Of a stretch of 64,000 nt of DNA, positions 9,798 through 19,711 are shown one piece after another; the first letter of the stretch is position 1; each line of letters begins with the position of its first letter. Source of the stretch: OCS155 cluster bacterium AG-426-D23 (GTDB lineage: Bacteria; Actinomycetota; Acidimicrobiia; Actinomarinales; Actinomarinaceae); contig QCNO01000002.1 in assembly GCA_003213165.1 (NCBI GenBank), positions 74,868 through 138,867 of the forward strand, written 5' to 3'. The translations under genes and the position numbers were made by a program. The notes under the pieces are model-generated. The model searched no databases. It was not told the DNA's origin and saw nothing but the letters and a program-made list of their open reading frames with translations.

Positions 9798-12199
9798 TCA
9801 TCTAGGCTAATCCAGTAAACACCACCAGCTCTTGTGCCAGCGTACAAAATTCTTGTTTCAGGGTTCAACTCTAAAGAGAATACTCCGGGATGCTGTAATC
9901 CTTTATTGAAATCTTCCCATGTTGTTCCACCATCAGTGCTTTTATAGATTCCAAAATCTCCCAATGCACCCCTGTCTCCTGCAAGCCTAAAGTAATCGAC
10001 AGTTGCTAAATAAAGCATGTTGCTATTTTTTGGATCGACTGCAATATCACCCACACCAAACGGTTCAGATATTTGTGGTACATTAAGCTGTATCCAGTTT
10101 GCTCCTCCGTTAGTGCTTTTATAAAGCCCGTCATCGTCAGTACCTAGGTAAAGAGTATTTGAATCATTTGGATCAACAACTAAAACATTTGTTTCTAAAG
10201 TGTCTAAACCATTATTTATCTGTTCCCAGCTTGAACCTCTGTCTACACTTTTGAAAACACCTGCACCATCACCTATTTTATCCGTGTAGTCTGTTTGACC
10301 TTGAGTAGTAGCATAGAACACATCACTATTGTTTGGATCTATAACTAATTTGCTTACGTGAACATCTCGAGTAAAACCATCATCTGAGTTTCTCCAAGAT
10401 TCACCCAAATTTTCAGAACCTGTGATACCCACTCCTCTTTTAGCTGATTGATCACCTCCACTACCTACTAATACTTTGTAAGGGCTTTCTGTCTCAACTA
10501 TTATCCCGTGGTAATGACAGTTTCCACCCCCTGGTTCTGGATCGTCACAGAGATCTTCACCACCAATTATTTCCCAGGAACCCCCAGCATTTTCAGATTT
10601 GTAGACACCACCACCAAATGTCGCAAATAAAATATCTGGGTCAATGGGGTGAGGAGCTAGTTGCATTCCGTACCAATTTTTGATTCCAAAAGAGGCAAAA
10701 CTCCAATTTTTGCCATTATCAATGCTTTTAAATATTCCAATATTGTACGTTGTTGCATACATTGTTCCATCAGTAGCAGTTGCTATATCAACAACCTCGG
10801 AACCAACAAATCCAGTATTTGTCTCAATCCAACTACTTCCTTCGTCGTATGTTCTGTACACTCCTTGAAGTCCGGCCATGATTACTTCTGTACTATTTTC
10901 ACCTGTCATTATTATTTCAACACCTACATCAGGAATTATTGGGTGTTCGCTAGTGCTCAGAAATTCTTCAGAAGAATTACCCCCATCTTTACTAATAAAC
11001 GTAACTCTTGAAAACACAGAATAAACAACGTTTTCTTTGAAATCATCTACATAAACACCCCCCTCAGAAGGGTCTCCACTTACTCCATCTAGTAAAACCC
11101 AACTATTTCCTCCATCAACACTTCTGTAAATTCCGGCACAATACCTAGCAACATCCTCTTCATAATCTAGGTCATCATCTTCTAAATTAAAACAGTCGGC
11201 AAAAGTATATTTTCCAACTCTTACATAAACTACATCTGAGTTCTCTGGATGAATAGCAATACCATTGACATCGGACCTATGAAAAGATTCACTTACTATT
11301 TTCCACGTTTCTCCCGAGTCCTCAGTTTTTGCTACTAGGTTGTCAGTTCCAACAAAAATAATACTTGGATTTTGTGGATCGACATATAAAGTTTCAATTC
11401 TATCAATTTCTTCTTCATCAAGCTCTTGTCCTTCTTCTAGCTCAATTTCTTCAAACACCCCTTTTGGTACGGGATTAGTTCTTGTCCACTGATCTCCCCA
11501 ATCAGGAGAAATATAAACAGCTGAGTTTTCTATCGGTGAACAATCTCCATTCTCATCATCTTCGCAGTCTTCTCCAAATGGTAAATATCTACCTGCTACA
11601 TATAGAAAATCCATAGTTTTGTCTATAGCAATTCCTGTGTATTCAACCACACCAGACTCAAAATCTCCTACGGGATTTGTTTCTGTCCATGTGAGGCCTT
11701 TGTCGAGTGATATAAATAATTTTGAGTCTGATGTGTTTGATGCTTCTGTAATGAAAGCAACTCCATCTGGATTATGTTTACCAACAACAACTCCAGCCAT
11801 ATTTCCGCCTATAGTTTTTTTCAATTCCCAAGTAAAAGTTTCTTTGTTAATAAAATATAAGTTACTATCGGCAAACCCAGAGTTATCTGTTGTAGTTGCC
11901 CAGTATCCATCTACAGTTTTAAATAAGCTTGTTACAGTTCCGCCAAATGGTCCATTTACTTGATTCCATTTAGAAGAACTTAGTGCTGGATCTGGTAAAT
12001 CTGGTAATTCAGGAGGTATAAATTCTGTAACTTCATTATCATTTTCTTCTTCATTATCATTTTCTTCTTCAAATTCTTCACTTTCGTCATCGGAAGATAT
12101 CTCAACCAGTGTAGGACCAGAGGAATCACTACTTGAACAGGCAGAAACAACTAAAAAAAACAAGAATAAGACGATTAATTTATTACTTATTTTTAACAT
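9794..12199 (-). CDS. BNR/Asp-box repeat lipoprotein (beta-propeller, GH74/sortilin-like)
   Basis: Signal peptide + lipobox (VVSAC); about 12 S-x-D-x-G-x-(T/S)-W boxes (SLDKGLTWT, SVDGGNSWV, STDGGTTWE and others); acidic linker. Confidence 0.85.
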   Translation of the reverse strand: MLKISNKLIVLFLFFLVVSACSSSDSSGPTLVEISSDDESEEFEEENDNEEENDNEVTEFIPPELPDLPDPALSSSKWNQVNGPFGGTVTSLFKTVDGYWATTTDNSGFADSNLYFINKETFTWELKKTIGGNMAGVVVGKHNPDGVAFITEASNTSDSKLFISLDKGLTWTETNPVGDFESGVVEYTGIAIDKTMDFLYVAGRYLPFGEDCEDDENGDCSPIENSAVYISPDWGDQWTRTNPVPKGVFEEIELEEGQELDEEEIDRIETLYVDPQNPSIIFVGTDNLVAKTEDSGETWKIVSESFHRSDVNGIAIHPENSDVVYVRVGKYTFADCFNLEDDDLDYEEDVARYCAGIYRSVDGGNSWVLLDGVSGDPSEGGVYVDDFKENVVYSVFSRVTFISKDGGNSSEEFLSTSEHPIIPDVGVEIIMTGENSTEVIMAGLQGVYRTYDEGSSWIETNTGFVGSEVVDIATATDGTMYATTYNIGIFKSIDNGKNWSFASFGIKNWYGMQLAPHPIDPDILFATFGGGVYKSENAGGSWEIIGGEDLCDDPEPGGGNCHYHGIIVETESPYKVLVGSGGDQSAKRGVGITGSENLGESWRNSDDGFTRDVHVSKLVIDPNNSDVFYATTQGQTDYTDKIGDGAGVFKSVDRGSSWEQINNGLDTLETNVLVVDPNDSNTLYLGTDDDGLYKSTNGGANWIQLNVPQISEPFGVGDIAVDPKNSNMLYLATVDYFRLAGDRGALGDFGIYKSTDGGTTWEDFNKGLQHPGVFSLELNPETRILYAGTRAGGVYWISLDD
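12032..12067. repeat. 18-nt perfect tandem duplication inside the lipoprotein linker
   Basis: ttcattatcattttcttc x2, encoding EEENDN x2 on the minus strand. Confidence 0.9.
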
Positions 12200-12243
12200 T
12201 TACCGAAATATTAGTATTAAAACCTATACCTCGCTTGAATATT

Positions 12244-13479
12244 TTATGGAACACTCAGTACAAATAAAGCTTGCAATGTTAATGCCACTGTTATAAATAA
12301 GAAAATATATTGTGTTTTATCGCTTTTTTGATGTCCAAATATTTTAACCGATAAATCATGAGCTAAAACCACACTAAGCATATGTCCTGCAAGCGTAACG
12401 ATGACCATAACTGTCCATAAAACAATTGGCTCCAAAAAATAATCAACAGTAGTTTCTTGTGCGTTAAATAGGTTCCACCCAAAACCTAGAGGATCGTTAA
12501 GTCTGTATAACAACGTTTGAGACTCAAACAAGAGTAGCCCTAGGTAATGAGTTACATGATATGCAAAAGCAATTGGCAGCATAGTGTGGCCAAATTTAAG
12601 CGAGATTTCATTAAGATCATAATTTTCTCCGCTAACGCGTATCGCAAAATAACAAGCAAACCTATAAAAAATTATGACAATTAAATTCATTGAGAGAAAA
12701 GCCATTGTTGAAAAAGATGTTTCATAGCTTCTGGTTCCAAATAAGTTGAACCAAAATGTTGTTTCCCGCAGTCCGTCGTAAGTAACCGTTCCAATCATTA
12801 GAAGAATAAAGTATTCCATTCCTTTTAGCTGAGCAAGGTTGGAAAGGTTGTTTAAAAGACTTTTGAAAACAGGAGCTTTATGAGTAACTCTCATCTTGCT
12901 ATAAAGATGATGTAGAACAAGCAAAGGATCAACTTCGATAATAGTTTTTTTATAAAACTTTTGTACAAGCGACACAACAACAATCAACAGTAAAAACACT
13001 ATACCGATATGTCTTGGATTGCCGGGTTTAGTCCAAACTAGTTCAAACCAAGTTAAACAAATAAACAGGAACGATGCAACATATACATTTTTAGAATCTC
13101 CTTTTTGATTCACAATTATTGACAAAGGATTGAACTTTGCATATAAATCACCAAAAAGAAGTCCAAGAACTGGAACTCCAATCCATAAGAAAACCCACAA
13201 AATTAAGGGAGTTACTGAAACCTTAGCTGCTTCATTATTTACTAAACCAGGAACAGTTAATAAAACTAGTACCAAGAGACCTAGAAGCTTCCCACTTGGG
13301 GTTTGTTTTGTTGAAAAAAGCCTCTCTTCAGAAGTTAAGATTGACTCCTTCCAAGAAACCTTCAAAAATACAAAAGTAACAACTACAGTCAAAACAGCAG
13401 CATTTAATACCATATTAAAAGGAATGGGCAAGTCACCTACATTTATAATTCCGTGACTTAAGTCTTGTTCTATTGACAT
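12244..13479 (-). CDS. polytopic membrane protein, unknown function
   Basis: 411-aa ORF, about 10 hydrophobic helices; no motif recognised. Confidence 0.65.
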   Translation of the reverse strand: MSIEQDLSHGIINVGDLPIPFNMVLNAAVLTVVVTFVFLKVSWKESILTSEERLFSTKQTPSGKLLGLLVLVLLTVPGLVNNEAAKVSVTPLILWVFLWIGVPVLGLLFGDLYAKFNPLSIIVNQKGDSKNVYVASFLFICLTWFELVWTKPGNPRHIGIVFLLLIVVVSLVQKFYKKTIIEVDPLLVLHHLYSKMRVTHKAPVFKSLLNNLSNLAQLKGMEYFILLMIGTVTYDGLRETTFWFNLFGTRSYETSFSTMAFLSMNLIVIIFYRFACYFAIRVSGENYDLNEISLKFGHTMLPIAFAYHVTHYLGLLLFESQTLLYRLNDPLGFGWNLFNAQETTVDYFLEPIVLWTVMVIVTLAGHMLSVVLAHDLSVKIFGHQKSDKTQYIFLFITVALTLQALFVLSVP

Positions 13480-13553
13480 AGGATAACCCCATTATATGTT
13501 TTCCAATTACAAAATCTCCACTAGAATTAAAATGATTAAACAGGGAAATCATT

Positions 13554-13733
13554 ATGTGTATAGTTTGTAACATTACTCAAAACGAATTTATTGAAACAGC
13601 ATTAGCCGTAGAGAATGTTTTTGATGGTGAATACATGACAATACCGTTAAGAGCGACACCTGAGCAAGTTCATTCATTTGAAGTTATTCAATCTATGTTG
13701 TTGAACGCAAATTTGATAGCTTTAATCTTTTAA
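13554..13733 (+). CDS. small protein (59 aa), unknown; below the ORF-track cutoff
   Basis: ATG at 13554 preceded by AGGGAAA 6 nt upstream; MCIVCNITQNEFIETALAVENVFDGEYMTIPLRATPEQVHSFEVIQSMLLNANLIALIF*; convergent with zur. Confidence 0.45.
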   Translation: MCIVCNITQNEFIETALAVENVFDGEYMTIPLRATPEQVHSFEVIQSMLLNANLIALIF

Positions 13734-13735
13734 AC

Positions 13736-14173
13736 TTATTTGCAATTAGAACACTGATCGGTACACGTACCAAACATTTCGACTCTGTGGTCATTTATAT
13801 GGAAATTAAACTTTCTTTCAATTTTTTTTATTTCTTCCGATAAAAGCTTTTCAAACTCATCGCTTAAACCAACATCAATAATCTCACCACAGTCACCACA
13901 AAATAAGTGATGATGATGTTCGGCATCATGCAGTAGTAGCTCAACAACTGTTGTGTTGTCTGGAGAGGTAAATTCGTGTAAAACATTTATTTTTTTAAGA
14001 TCTCCTAGGACTCGATACAGCGTAGACTTTGCTACTTTATTTTGTAACTTTTTTTGCAGGTCATCTATTGTTTGCGGATTCTGACTCTCCATGAGCGCTT
14101 CAAGAACAAGAATTCTTGGATTTGTGATTGAAACATTATGATCTGATAAAATTTTTCTTGAGCTCTCTGACAT
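13736..14173 (-). CDS. zur: Fur-family metalloregulator, probably Zur
   Basis: Winged helix (STLYRVLGDL), HHHHLFCGDCGEI and C-terminal CTDQCSNC metal sites; divergent from znuACB. Start moved to the ATG at 14173, since the upstream 16 codons cover the operator. Confidence 0.85.
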   Translation of the reverse strand: MSESSRKILSDHNVSITNPRILVLEALMESQNPQTIDDLQKKLQNKVAKSTLYRVLGDLKKINVLHEFTSPDNTTVVELLLHDAEHHHHLFCGDCGEIIDVGLSDEFEKLLSEEIKKIERKFNFHINDHRVEMFGTCTDQCSNCK

Positions 14174-14202
14174 ATTTTTATTATAGAATGCTGTATCAAA
14201 AA

Positions 14203-14223
14203 AAATGAGATAAATTCTCATTT
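14203..14223. promoter_or_regulatory. Zur/Fur-box-like 8-5-8 palindrome (box 1, zur side)
   Basis: AAATGAGA-TAAAT-TCTCATTT, perfect arms. Confidence 0.6.
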
Positions 14224-14227
14224 ATAC

Positions 14228-14256
14228 TTGACAATAAAATAAATGGGACTTATTCT
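14228..14256 (+). promoter_or_regulatory. znuA promoter candidate
   Basis: TTGACA (14228-14233) -17 nt- TATTCT (14251-14256); the -10 lies inside box 2. Confidence 0.55.
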
Positions 14257-14261
14257 CATTT
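14241..14261. promoter_or_regulatory. Zur/Fur-box-like palindrome (box 2, znuA side)
   Basis: AAATGGGA-CTTAT-TCTCATTT, one arm mismatch. Confidence 0.6.
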
Positions 14262-14288
14262 ATTGTTATAAATTAGAAGGAGAAACTT

Positions 14289-15314
14289 TTGAAAAATAAA
14301 TATAGTTTCAAATTTGGTGTGATCGCACTTTCTTTAGTATTGATAGCGTGTTCAGGCGGAAGTGCTGATGCAGGCTGTCCTGAAATAGATGGAAGAGAGA
14401 TTAATGTTGTAGCGACAACACCGATGATTGGAGAATTTGTTAGTAATGTAGGCGGAGATAATATAAACCTTACAGTTTTAATGCCGCCTGAAGCAGATCC
14501 CCATACGTACGAACCAGCTCCTCAGGATGCTGGAACAATTGCTGATGCAGATTTAGTTTTTTATACAGGGTTAATGTATGAACCAGCCCCGCTTGTAGAG
14601 TTACTTGAAAACTCAGTCTGCGGTTCTGAAGCTTTGGCTGAGGTTGGCGAAAGTGTTTTTCCCATAGAGTTTAAAGAAGGTGGTCATGATGACCATGACG
14701 ACCATGGAGAAAAAGGACATGATGACCATGACGAAGAAGGACATGATGACCATGACGAAGAAGGACATGAAGGCCACGGCCATGGTGCTTATGATCCTCA
14801 CTTTTGGTTTGATCCGAATAGAGTTGTCTATGCATCGGAATTTATAGAATCAAAATTAATTGAGCTTGACCCAAGTAATGCAGCTAGTTATCAAGCAGCT
14901 GGAGATGCTTATGCAACAGAGTTAAGCAGTTTAACAGGACAAGTTTCACAATTAATTGGGTCAATACCTTCTCAAAATAGAAAACTAATAACTACACACG
15001 AGTCGTTAGGTTACTTAGAGGCAAAATTTGGACTTGAAGTGCTTTCAACAATAATTCCTGATTTAGACTCTTCAAATGAAATAACACCAGCTCAGCTTGT
15101 TGATGTAATTGATGTAATTGAAGATAATAATGTAAAAGTAATCTTTATTGAGGCTGAAGCACCATCTGTTTACGCAGAAACAATTGTTGCGGAGACAGGA
15201 ATAAAAGCAGTTGAGGGCTTATGGGTAGAAACTTTGAAACTGGGTCAAACCTATCCAGAGTTTTTAATTGAAGCCGTTGAATTAATTGTGGAGAATCTTT
15301 CAAAAAGTGATTAA
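14289..15314 (+). CDS. znuA: zinc ABC transporter substrate-binding lipoprotein
   Basis: TTG start after AGGAG; lipobox LIAC; TroA/ZnuA fold motifs (DPHTYEP, DPHFWFDP); long His/Asp/Glu-rich loop typical of ZnuA. Confidence 0.9.
   Translation: MKNKYSFKFGVIALSLVLIACSGGSADAGCPEIDGREINVVATTPMIGEFVSNVGGDNINLTVLMPPEADPHTYEPAPQDAGTIADADLVFYTGLMYEPAPLVELLENSVCGSEALAEVGESVFPIEFKEGGHDDHDDHGEKGHDDHDEEGHDDHDEEGHEGHGHGAYDPHFWFDPNRVVYASEFIESKLIELDPSNAASYQAAGDAYATELSSLTGQVSQLIGSIPSQNRKLITTHESLGYLEAKFGLEVLSTIIPDLDSSNEITPAQLVDVIDVIEDNNVKVIFIEAEAPSVYAETIVAETGIKAVEGLWVETLKLGQTYPEFLIEAVELIVENLSKSD
14713..14770. repeat. 24-nt tandem repeat (2 perfect copies + partial) in the znuA His-rich loop
   Basis: aaggacatgatgaccatgacgaag at 14713-14736 and 14737-14760, then aaggacatga; encodes (E)GHDDHDEE units. 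Confidence 0.9.
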
Positions 15315-15359
15315 GTTGATTGTAGGTAACTTTCGTTAACCTACAAGAAAGATGTCACC

Positions 15360-16151
15360 ATGAAATCAACAGACGACAGAGTATTTGACAACACAGCAAT
15401 CATTGTATCTGATGGTTGCTGTGTTCAGATTGGAAACACCCAAGCACTAGATGATGTGACTTTTTCCATCACTAAAGGGAAAAAAGTTGCAGTGGTTGGA
15501 CCTAATGGCGGTGGCAAGTCTACTTTATTTAATGCCTTAGCTGGCTTAGCTCCGGTGGTTAATGGATCATTAAAAATTAACGGGCTCGACCCACAAGACG
15601 CAAAAGGTACAATTAGTTACGTTCCACAGAAAGATTTAATAAATCGAAACTTCCCTCTTTCTGTAAAACAAGTAGTAGAAATGGGTTTGATAACTCGGAA
15701 CTCTTTAAACCTCTTCGCAAGAAAGCAAATAAATTTAAAAATCGAAGAAGCCCTTGAAAATGTAGGTCTATCCGACAAAATAAACGAAAACATAAATAAT
15801 TTATCTGGTGGCCAGTTCCAAAGAGTCCTGATAGCAAGAGGGCTCGCTCAGGATGCAGATATTATATTATTGGATGAAGCTTTCAGTGCTGTCGATGTAG
15901 GAGCACAAGAAGACATCATGAGTTTGATAAGTGATATTAACTTAGATGGCAAAACGATATTAGTAGCGACTCATGATATAAATAATCTTGAAGAAAAATT
16001 TGATGAGGTTCTTTGTTTGAATAGACACTGTTGTGCCTACGGTGATCCATCAGAAGTTTTAACAGAAGATGTAATTAAAGAAATGTATGGCTCACATTAT
16101 GAGATGTTTAAGAATCATACTTCAGAGAGCCATGAAAAACATAATGATTGA
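15360..16151 (+). CDS. znuC: zinc ABC transporter ATPase
   Basis: Walker A GPNGGGKST, signature LSGGQFQRV, Walker B IILLDEAF. Confidence 0.9.
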   Translation: MKSTDDRVFDNTAIIVSDGCCVQIGNTQALDDVTFSITKGKKVAVVGPNGGGKSTLFNALAGLAPVVNGSLKINGLDPQDAKGTISYVPQKDLINRNFPLSVKQVVEMGLITRNSLNLFARKQINLKIEEALENVGLSDKINENINNLSGGQFQRVLIARGLAQDADIILLDEAFSAVDVGAQEDIMSLISDINLDGKTILVATHDINNLEEKFDEVLCLNRHCCAYGDPSEVLTEDVIKEMYGSHYEMFKNHTSESHEKHND

Positions 16152-16965
16152 GATAATAATTGAGCCTTTTAAATATGAATTTATGATGCGTTCTCTCATT
16201 ACTGCAACTGCATCGGGAATTATGTTGTCAATATTAGGACCCTTTGCAATTAACAGAAATATGGGTTTTATGGCAGACGCAATGGCTCATGCCACACTTC
16301 CAATTATTGCAGTGGGTGTATTTTTAGGTTTTAGTATTTCTGAATTAGGGGTTCCAGCATCTATATTGATTGCATTTTTCCTAGGTTATATAATTAAAAA
16401 TTCAAATGTGGGCGAGGATACTGCAATAGGTATTATTTTCTCATCGTTTTTTGCACTTGGGTTTATTCTGATTTCAATACTAAATGTAACAATTAACTTA
16501 GAGGATTTATTATTTGGGCAAATATTGGCAGTCAGCAGGTTCGATGTATTTATAGTTACAGCGATGTGTATTACAGTAGTAAGTCTTATAATAATTTTTT
16601 TCAAACAATTACTGTTTTATTCTTTTGATCCGATTGGTGCTGAAGTTAAGGGTCTAAATACCAACTTTCTAAATTATTTATTTCTTGTAATATTGTCGGT
16701 GGCAATTGTAGCCTCTCTTCAAACTGTTGGCATTATTTTAGTTTTAAGCATGCTTCTAATTCCAGCAGCCGCATCGAAGCAGATAACAAATACATTTGTT
16801 TCTTCTATATACGTAAGTATTCTCTTTGGTGTTTTTTCTTCAGTTTCAGGACTTTTTCTTTCTTACTTTTTTAATTTACCCTCAGGACCAACTATGTCTA
16901 TGGTTGCAACTTTCCTTTTTGTAGTCTGCTTTTTTGTAAATCAATTAAAAAAAACAAAAATTTAA
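16144..16965 (+). CDS. znuB: zinc ABC transporter permease
   Basis: ABC-3 type permease, 8-9 TM helices. Start set at the ATG at 16144 (ATGATTGA overlap with the znuC stop) rather than 16087. Confidence 0.88.
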   Translation: MIEIIIEPFKYEFMMRSLITATASGIMLSILGPFAINRNMGFMADAMAHATLPIIAVGVFLGFSISELGVPASILIAFFLGYIIKNSNVGEDTAIGIIFSSFFALGFILISILNVTINLEDLLFGQILAVSRFDVFIVTAMCITVVSLIIIFFKQLLFYSFDPIGAEVKGLNTNFLNYLFLVILSVAIVASLQTVGIILVLSMLLIPAAASKQITNTFVSSIYVSILFGVFSSVSGLFLSYFFNLPSGPTMSMVATFLFVVCFFVNQLKKTKI

Positions 16966-16972
16966 TTAAATA

Positions 16973-17440
16973 ATGTACTCGATTTGGCTTACAAGCTCAC
17001 AACATGACGAAGAAATTTACAGTTTAATTCAAAGATTTGCTGATGAAGAGGGTCAAGATGCTTTTATACCCCATGTAACACTGGTCACACAAATTTCTAC
17101 TAAAGAAAAAGTAGCTAAAATTCTAAATGAACTTTTTAAAAAAAAATGCAGTATTCTCTTTGATAAAATTTCAGTTGGTAATACCTACTTCCAGAAACTT
17201 TTCCTAGAGTCTTCTGATAACTCATATTTTTTTAAATCTATCTCAAATATTCAAGGTTGGCCAAGTCTATGGATACCTCATTTATCGTTGTACTACGGGG
17301 ATGAGCTACCCAAATCTTTTGACCTGGGGGAGCTCAATAAACTCATCCCTGTAGCACTCACTTTTGACACTATTGCTGTTTACAAAACAGGACCTGAAGT
17401 GTCAGAGTGGAAGGAGATAACCACTCTTTATTTGGATTGA
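16973..17440 (+). CDS. 2H phosphoesterase superfamily protein (LigT / cyclic phosphodiesterase-like)
   Basis: Two H-x-(T/S)-x motifs: IPHVTLVT and IPHLSLYY. Confidence 0.7.
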   Translation: MYSIWLTSSQHDEEIYSLIQRFADEEGQDAFIPHVTLVTQISTKEKVAKILNELFKKKCSILFDKISVGNTYFQKLFLESSDNSYFFKSISNIQGWPSLWIPHLSLYYGDELPKSFDLGELNKLIPVALTFDTIAVYKTGPEVSEWKEITTLYLD

Positions 17441-17469
17441 TTCCAAAACAACAAATATTTTTGTGATAC

Positions 17470-19704
17470 CTAAACAATTGCAAAACTTTCATTTGAAAAA
17501 TCTATTGATAAGCTTTGTGATGTAGATATCGTTGAAAAATTACTTTCACCAACACCAAGAATTGCTGGAATATTGTGCTCAGCACACCTTATCGCCATGT
17601 GAGAGTTTGGTCCCCCATACTTTGTAATCAAGGATTTGATTTTGTAATTAAAAATCCAATCCCATCCGGGGTCTGCTGCTGGAATAACTACAATTTTATT
17701 ATCGAGGTCATAAGGCTGATTTGAATAATTATCTAGAAGTAAAACTTTCCCAGAAACTGTTCCTTGTCCAATGTAATTTCCGTCTTTGCTCATTTCCTCA
17801 TATAAATAAAAATCATCGGACGACGAGATTAAGTCAGGCATTAATGTGTTTTTAAGATCTAAATTAATTGTATTTTCTTGGCTAAATTCAATATTTAGTC
17901 GTTGAAAAAGTTCTTCGTCGCTTATATTTTGCTCCTCTATTTCATTTAAAATACCGTCAATTCCTTTTGTGTAGTAAAATTTTGAATTCTCTCTTGTTGC
18001 AATAGCGGTCTGAAACATTTCAACCCAAGCTGATGCCGTGTATGGAATATTGTTTAATTCAAAATATTTATCAATATTTGAAAATATAACTTTTTGCAAT
18101 AAAATATTTTCATCTTGCGGTTCACTATTATGAACCAACAGCTCTGTAAACTCTAAATTATTTTTTAGATTAGATGAAGATAGATTATAGTTACCAGCCC
18201 TTATGTGTCCATAAATGTCTAAAAAGCTACTGAGACTTTTCTGTCCAAGTTTGACCTGATAGGCATCCGACTTCATTTTCGTACTTATTGAATTTACTGA
18301 CAACAGTATTGAGTTCTTTTGTGCTTCGGTAATTACATCTTTTCTCAAAAGATTGTTTAATTGAGCAAAATACACAAATCCCAGCCTTGAATGATGAGTA
18401 AAAGGTAACGCCATATTGTCTCTAATAAATTTTATATTTTCTTTTTTAGAGTATTTAAAATTCCCATCAAGCAAAGAGAATGCCCTTAACATAGTTTCAT
18501 TATTTTTTTCTAGGGTTGATTTGTTTAAGCTATCGATTTTAATTAAATCCTGATGCCATTTCTGAATCTCTTCTGGGCTAATAATGTTTTTATATTCAAT
18601 AGCAAATTCATCTTCAGTATCAAACACATATGATGACCTAGAGATATTAAATTCAATTGAATCATGTAAATGTGGGTTCTCTTTTAATTTTTCTAATTGA
18701 TGCTGTATTATTTTTTCACAGCTATCGGCTTGTAAGCTTCGAGTTAAAAAACTATTTAAACTATGGTTTACATTTATGTAGGCTACATTATTGAAAAGTT
18801 CCATTAATTTAGCTGGTTTATATTTTCTATAACCAAATTCACCACGTTGTATATTCCATGTTGAGTCTGTAAACATAAATTTGTATAAACCAAATGCAAC
18901 ATTGTCGGGTTTTTTTCCAATCATTTCGGCTGGATTCATGTCTGACATATTGCTAAAAAGCTGATTGATACCAAAACGATCGTTTGTAGTTTTTTTTAAA
19001 GAGTCATACTTTTTGACATTCTGCTCAATTATTTTTTTCTCTGTAAATATCAAATTCTTATTAACTTTTTTCTCCATCAGAGGCCGAACTTGTAAAAGCA
19101 GGGGTGAAGAATTATTATCCAGAACCATTTCAATGTCTAAATGCTTGTTACCAAATAAATCTTCTAGTTTTGTTAGAATTTTTAGATATACAGAATATTC
19201 ATTATATTTATTTGGCAACTTGTTTATTGATCTATGAACATAGAAATTTTTAATCTGATTGTACTTTCCAGATGTAACTGCATCAGTTTCTGGCCCATTA
19301 TAAATTGAAAATGAACGATAAAGAGAGTCTGTCCCAACCTTAAAAGATGTAAGCACAGATACGCTCTTTGCGTTTTTTACATAATCTTGCAAAATTACGG
19401 TTTGATTGGCATCTTTTTCATAGCTATTCAAGACCTGATTCCATGATTTTTTTATATCTTCTATTCTTTCCTTGCTAATTGGTCCGATGGAAAGATATTT
19501 ACCTGCATTAGAGGAGCTCTCCAAGTCTTCATTAGAACTATTGCTTCTTATCATTATTTCTTCTGAAAAATCATTAAGAATCTCGTTAATATTTCCTAAA
19601 TCTTTCAAAGAAAGCTCTCTAAAGTATGGAATTTTTATATCCGTATGGTTTGCTACGAACTCTAGGTTTTTAGCTTTGTTACCATAATTTATTCGATCAT
19701 CCAT
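17470..19704 (-). CDS. PEP-utilising-enzyme family phosphotransferase (ATP-grasp N-domain + unknown central domain + C-terminal swivel His domain)
   Basis: PPDK_N-like YGNKAKNLEFV, IMIRSNSSNEDLESSSNAGKY, VILQDYV; C-terminal mobile domain ITKYGGPNSHMAIRCAEHNIPAILGV; 7-nt gap after trpB2. Confidence 0.85.
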   Translation of the reverse strand: MDDRINYGNKAKNLEFVANHTDIKIPYFRELSLKDLGNINEILNDFSEEIMIRSNSSNEDLESSSNAGKYLSIGPISKERIEDIKKSWNQVLNSYEKDANQTVILQDYVKNAKSVSVLTSFKVGTDSLYRSFSIYNGPETDAVTSGKYNQIKNFYVHRSINKLPNKYNEYSVYLKILTKLEDLFGNKHLDIEMVLDNNSSPLLLQVRPLMEKKVNKNLIFTEKKIIEQNVKKYDSLKKTTNDRFGINQLFSNMSDMNPAEMIGKKPDNVAFGLYKFMFTDSTWNIQRGEFGYRKYKPAKLMELFNNVAYINVNHSLNSFLTRSLQADSCEKIIQHQLEKLKENPHLHDSIEFNISRSSYVFDTEDEFAIEYKNIISPEEIQKWHQDLIKIDSLNKSTLEKNNETMLRAFSLLDGNFKYSKKENIKFIRDNMALPFTHHSRLGFVYFAQLNNLLRKDVITEAQKNSILLSVNSISTKMKSDAYQVKLGQKSLSSFLDIYGHIRAGNYNLSSSNLKNNLEFTELLVHNSEPQDENILLQKVIFSNIDKYFELNNIPYTASAWVEMFQTAIATRENSKFYYTKGIDGILNEIEEQNISDEELFQRLNIEFSQENTINLDLKNTLMPDLISSSDDFYLYEEMSKDGNYIGQGTVSGKVLLLDNYSNQPYDLDNKIVVIPAADPGWDWIFNYKIKSLITKYGGPNSHMAIRCAEHNIPAILGVGESNFSTISTSQSLSIDFSNESFAIV

Positions 19705-19711
19705 TTTTTAC

